Positions 34,873 to 35,232 of a stretch of DNA of 35,232 nt are shown here, piece after piece. The notes beneath the pieces are model-generated. The model made no database searches. It was not told the DNA's origin and saw only the letters and a list, made by a program, of their open reading frames with translations. Position numbers and translations under genes: made by a program. This DNA comes from a virus (Duplodnaviria > Caudoviricetes). The stretch covers positions 1-35,232 of the IMG/VR virus record IMGVR_UViG_3300048854_000041. One strand, written 5' to 3'. How positions within the stretch are numbered: the first letter of the stretch is position 1; every line of letters begins with the position of its first letter.

Positions 34873-34982
34873 TGGTGCTGCATTCTGAACAGGGTTCGAA
34901 CCTGTACGGTACGTCTACCACCGGGTTCAGGACCGTCGTCCATCCGCCAGCGCGTATGCCAGTTTCGCCATCAGAATGCAGC
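34873..34982 (-). ncRNA. tRNA-like RNA (Leu-type body) with 12-bp acceptor stem and no anticodon loop
   Basis: GCTGCATTCTGA TG GCGAAACTGGCATACGC G CTGG-CGGATGGAC-GACG-GTCCTGAAC-CCGG T GGTA-GACG-TACC GT ACAGG-TTCGAAC-CCTGT TCAGAATGCAGC ACCA. Confidence 0.8.
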
Positions 34983-35232
34983 CCACAATCTACTAAGCCA
35001 TTGCGATATAGGTGGACTAAACCCTAACCAATCTCATCGGCAATTCATCCTCAGCAAGGTATTTCCAGCAATCGCAATTTGTCTCAGCCACCTAGCCTTC
35101 TCCTAGTTTCTGTTGGGATTCAGCCCTGGGAAGACTGTATGCAACTGGAACTAACTGAAGCACCTTTTCTGCATCGTCAAACTTTCCAGCCATTGTGAAT
35201 ACTGCCGATAGCAACCTGAATGCGTCTCTCTG

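Noticed and set aside
1-35232. CRISPR array, diversity-generating retroelement, retron or IS element
   Set aside because: No regularly spaced repeat-spacer units, reverse transcriptase, TR/VR pair or transposase seen

Overview
About 35 kb of a temperate P22-like (podovirus-type) phage genome. It is seen across an intact attP, so it is probably the excised or circular form. Plus strand, left to right: HNH and replication genes with an iteron origin, nin-like genes, a zinc-finger-repeat gene, a heavily structured ~1.45 kb region (4830-6290), membrane/lipoprotein genes, terminase, portal, scaffold, P22-type coat, gp4/gp10-like tail genes, an acyl carrier protein plus GNAT pair, three ejection proteins, two signal-peptide-bearing tail/receptor proteins flanking an antisense SGNH lipoprotein, a metallophosphoesterase-HNH-HExxH module, attP and a P4-family integrase. 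Minus strand at the right end: AlpA-type excisionase, SleB-like cell wall hydrolase and early-left genes. Most notable: (1) a large bipartite RNA whose halves (4830-5077, 6102-6260) pair through a nested series of long-range helices around two protein genes; (2) a 110-nt tRNA mimic with CCA, D- and T-arms, a 12-bp acceptor stem and no anticodon loop; (3) an ACP-GNAT-ejection protein cassette suggesting lipidation of virion proteins; (4) putative secreted, disulfide-bonded tailspikes. All protein calls come from motif recognition and synteny, and all RNA structures from manual base-pairing; no database searches or folding programs were run.
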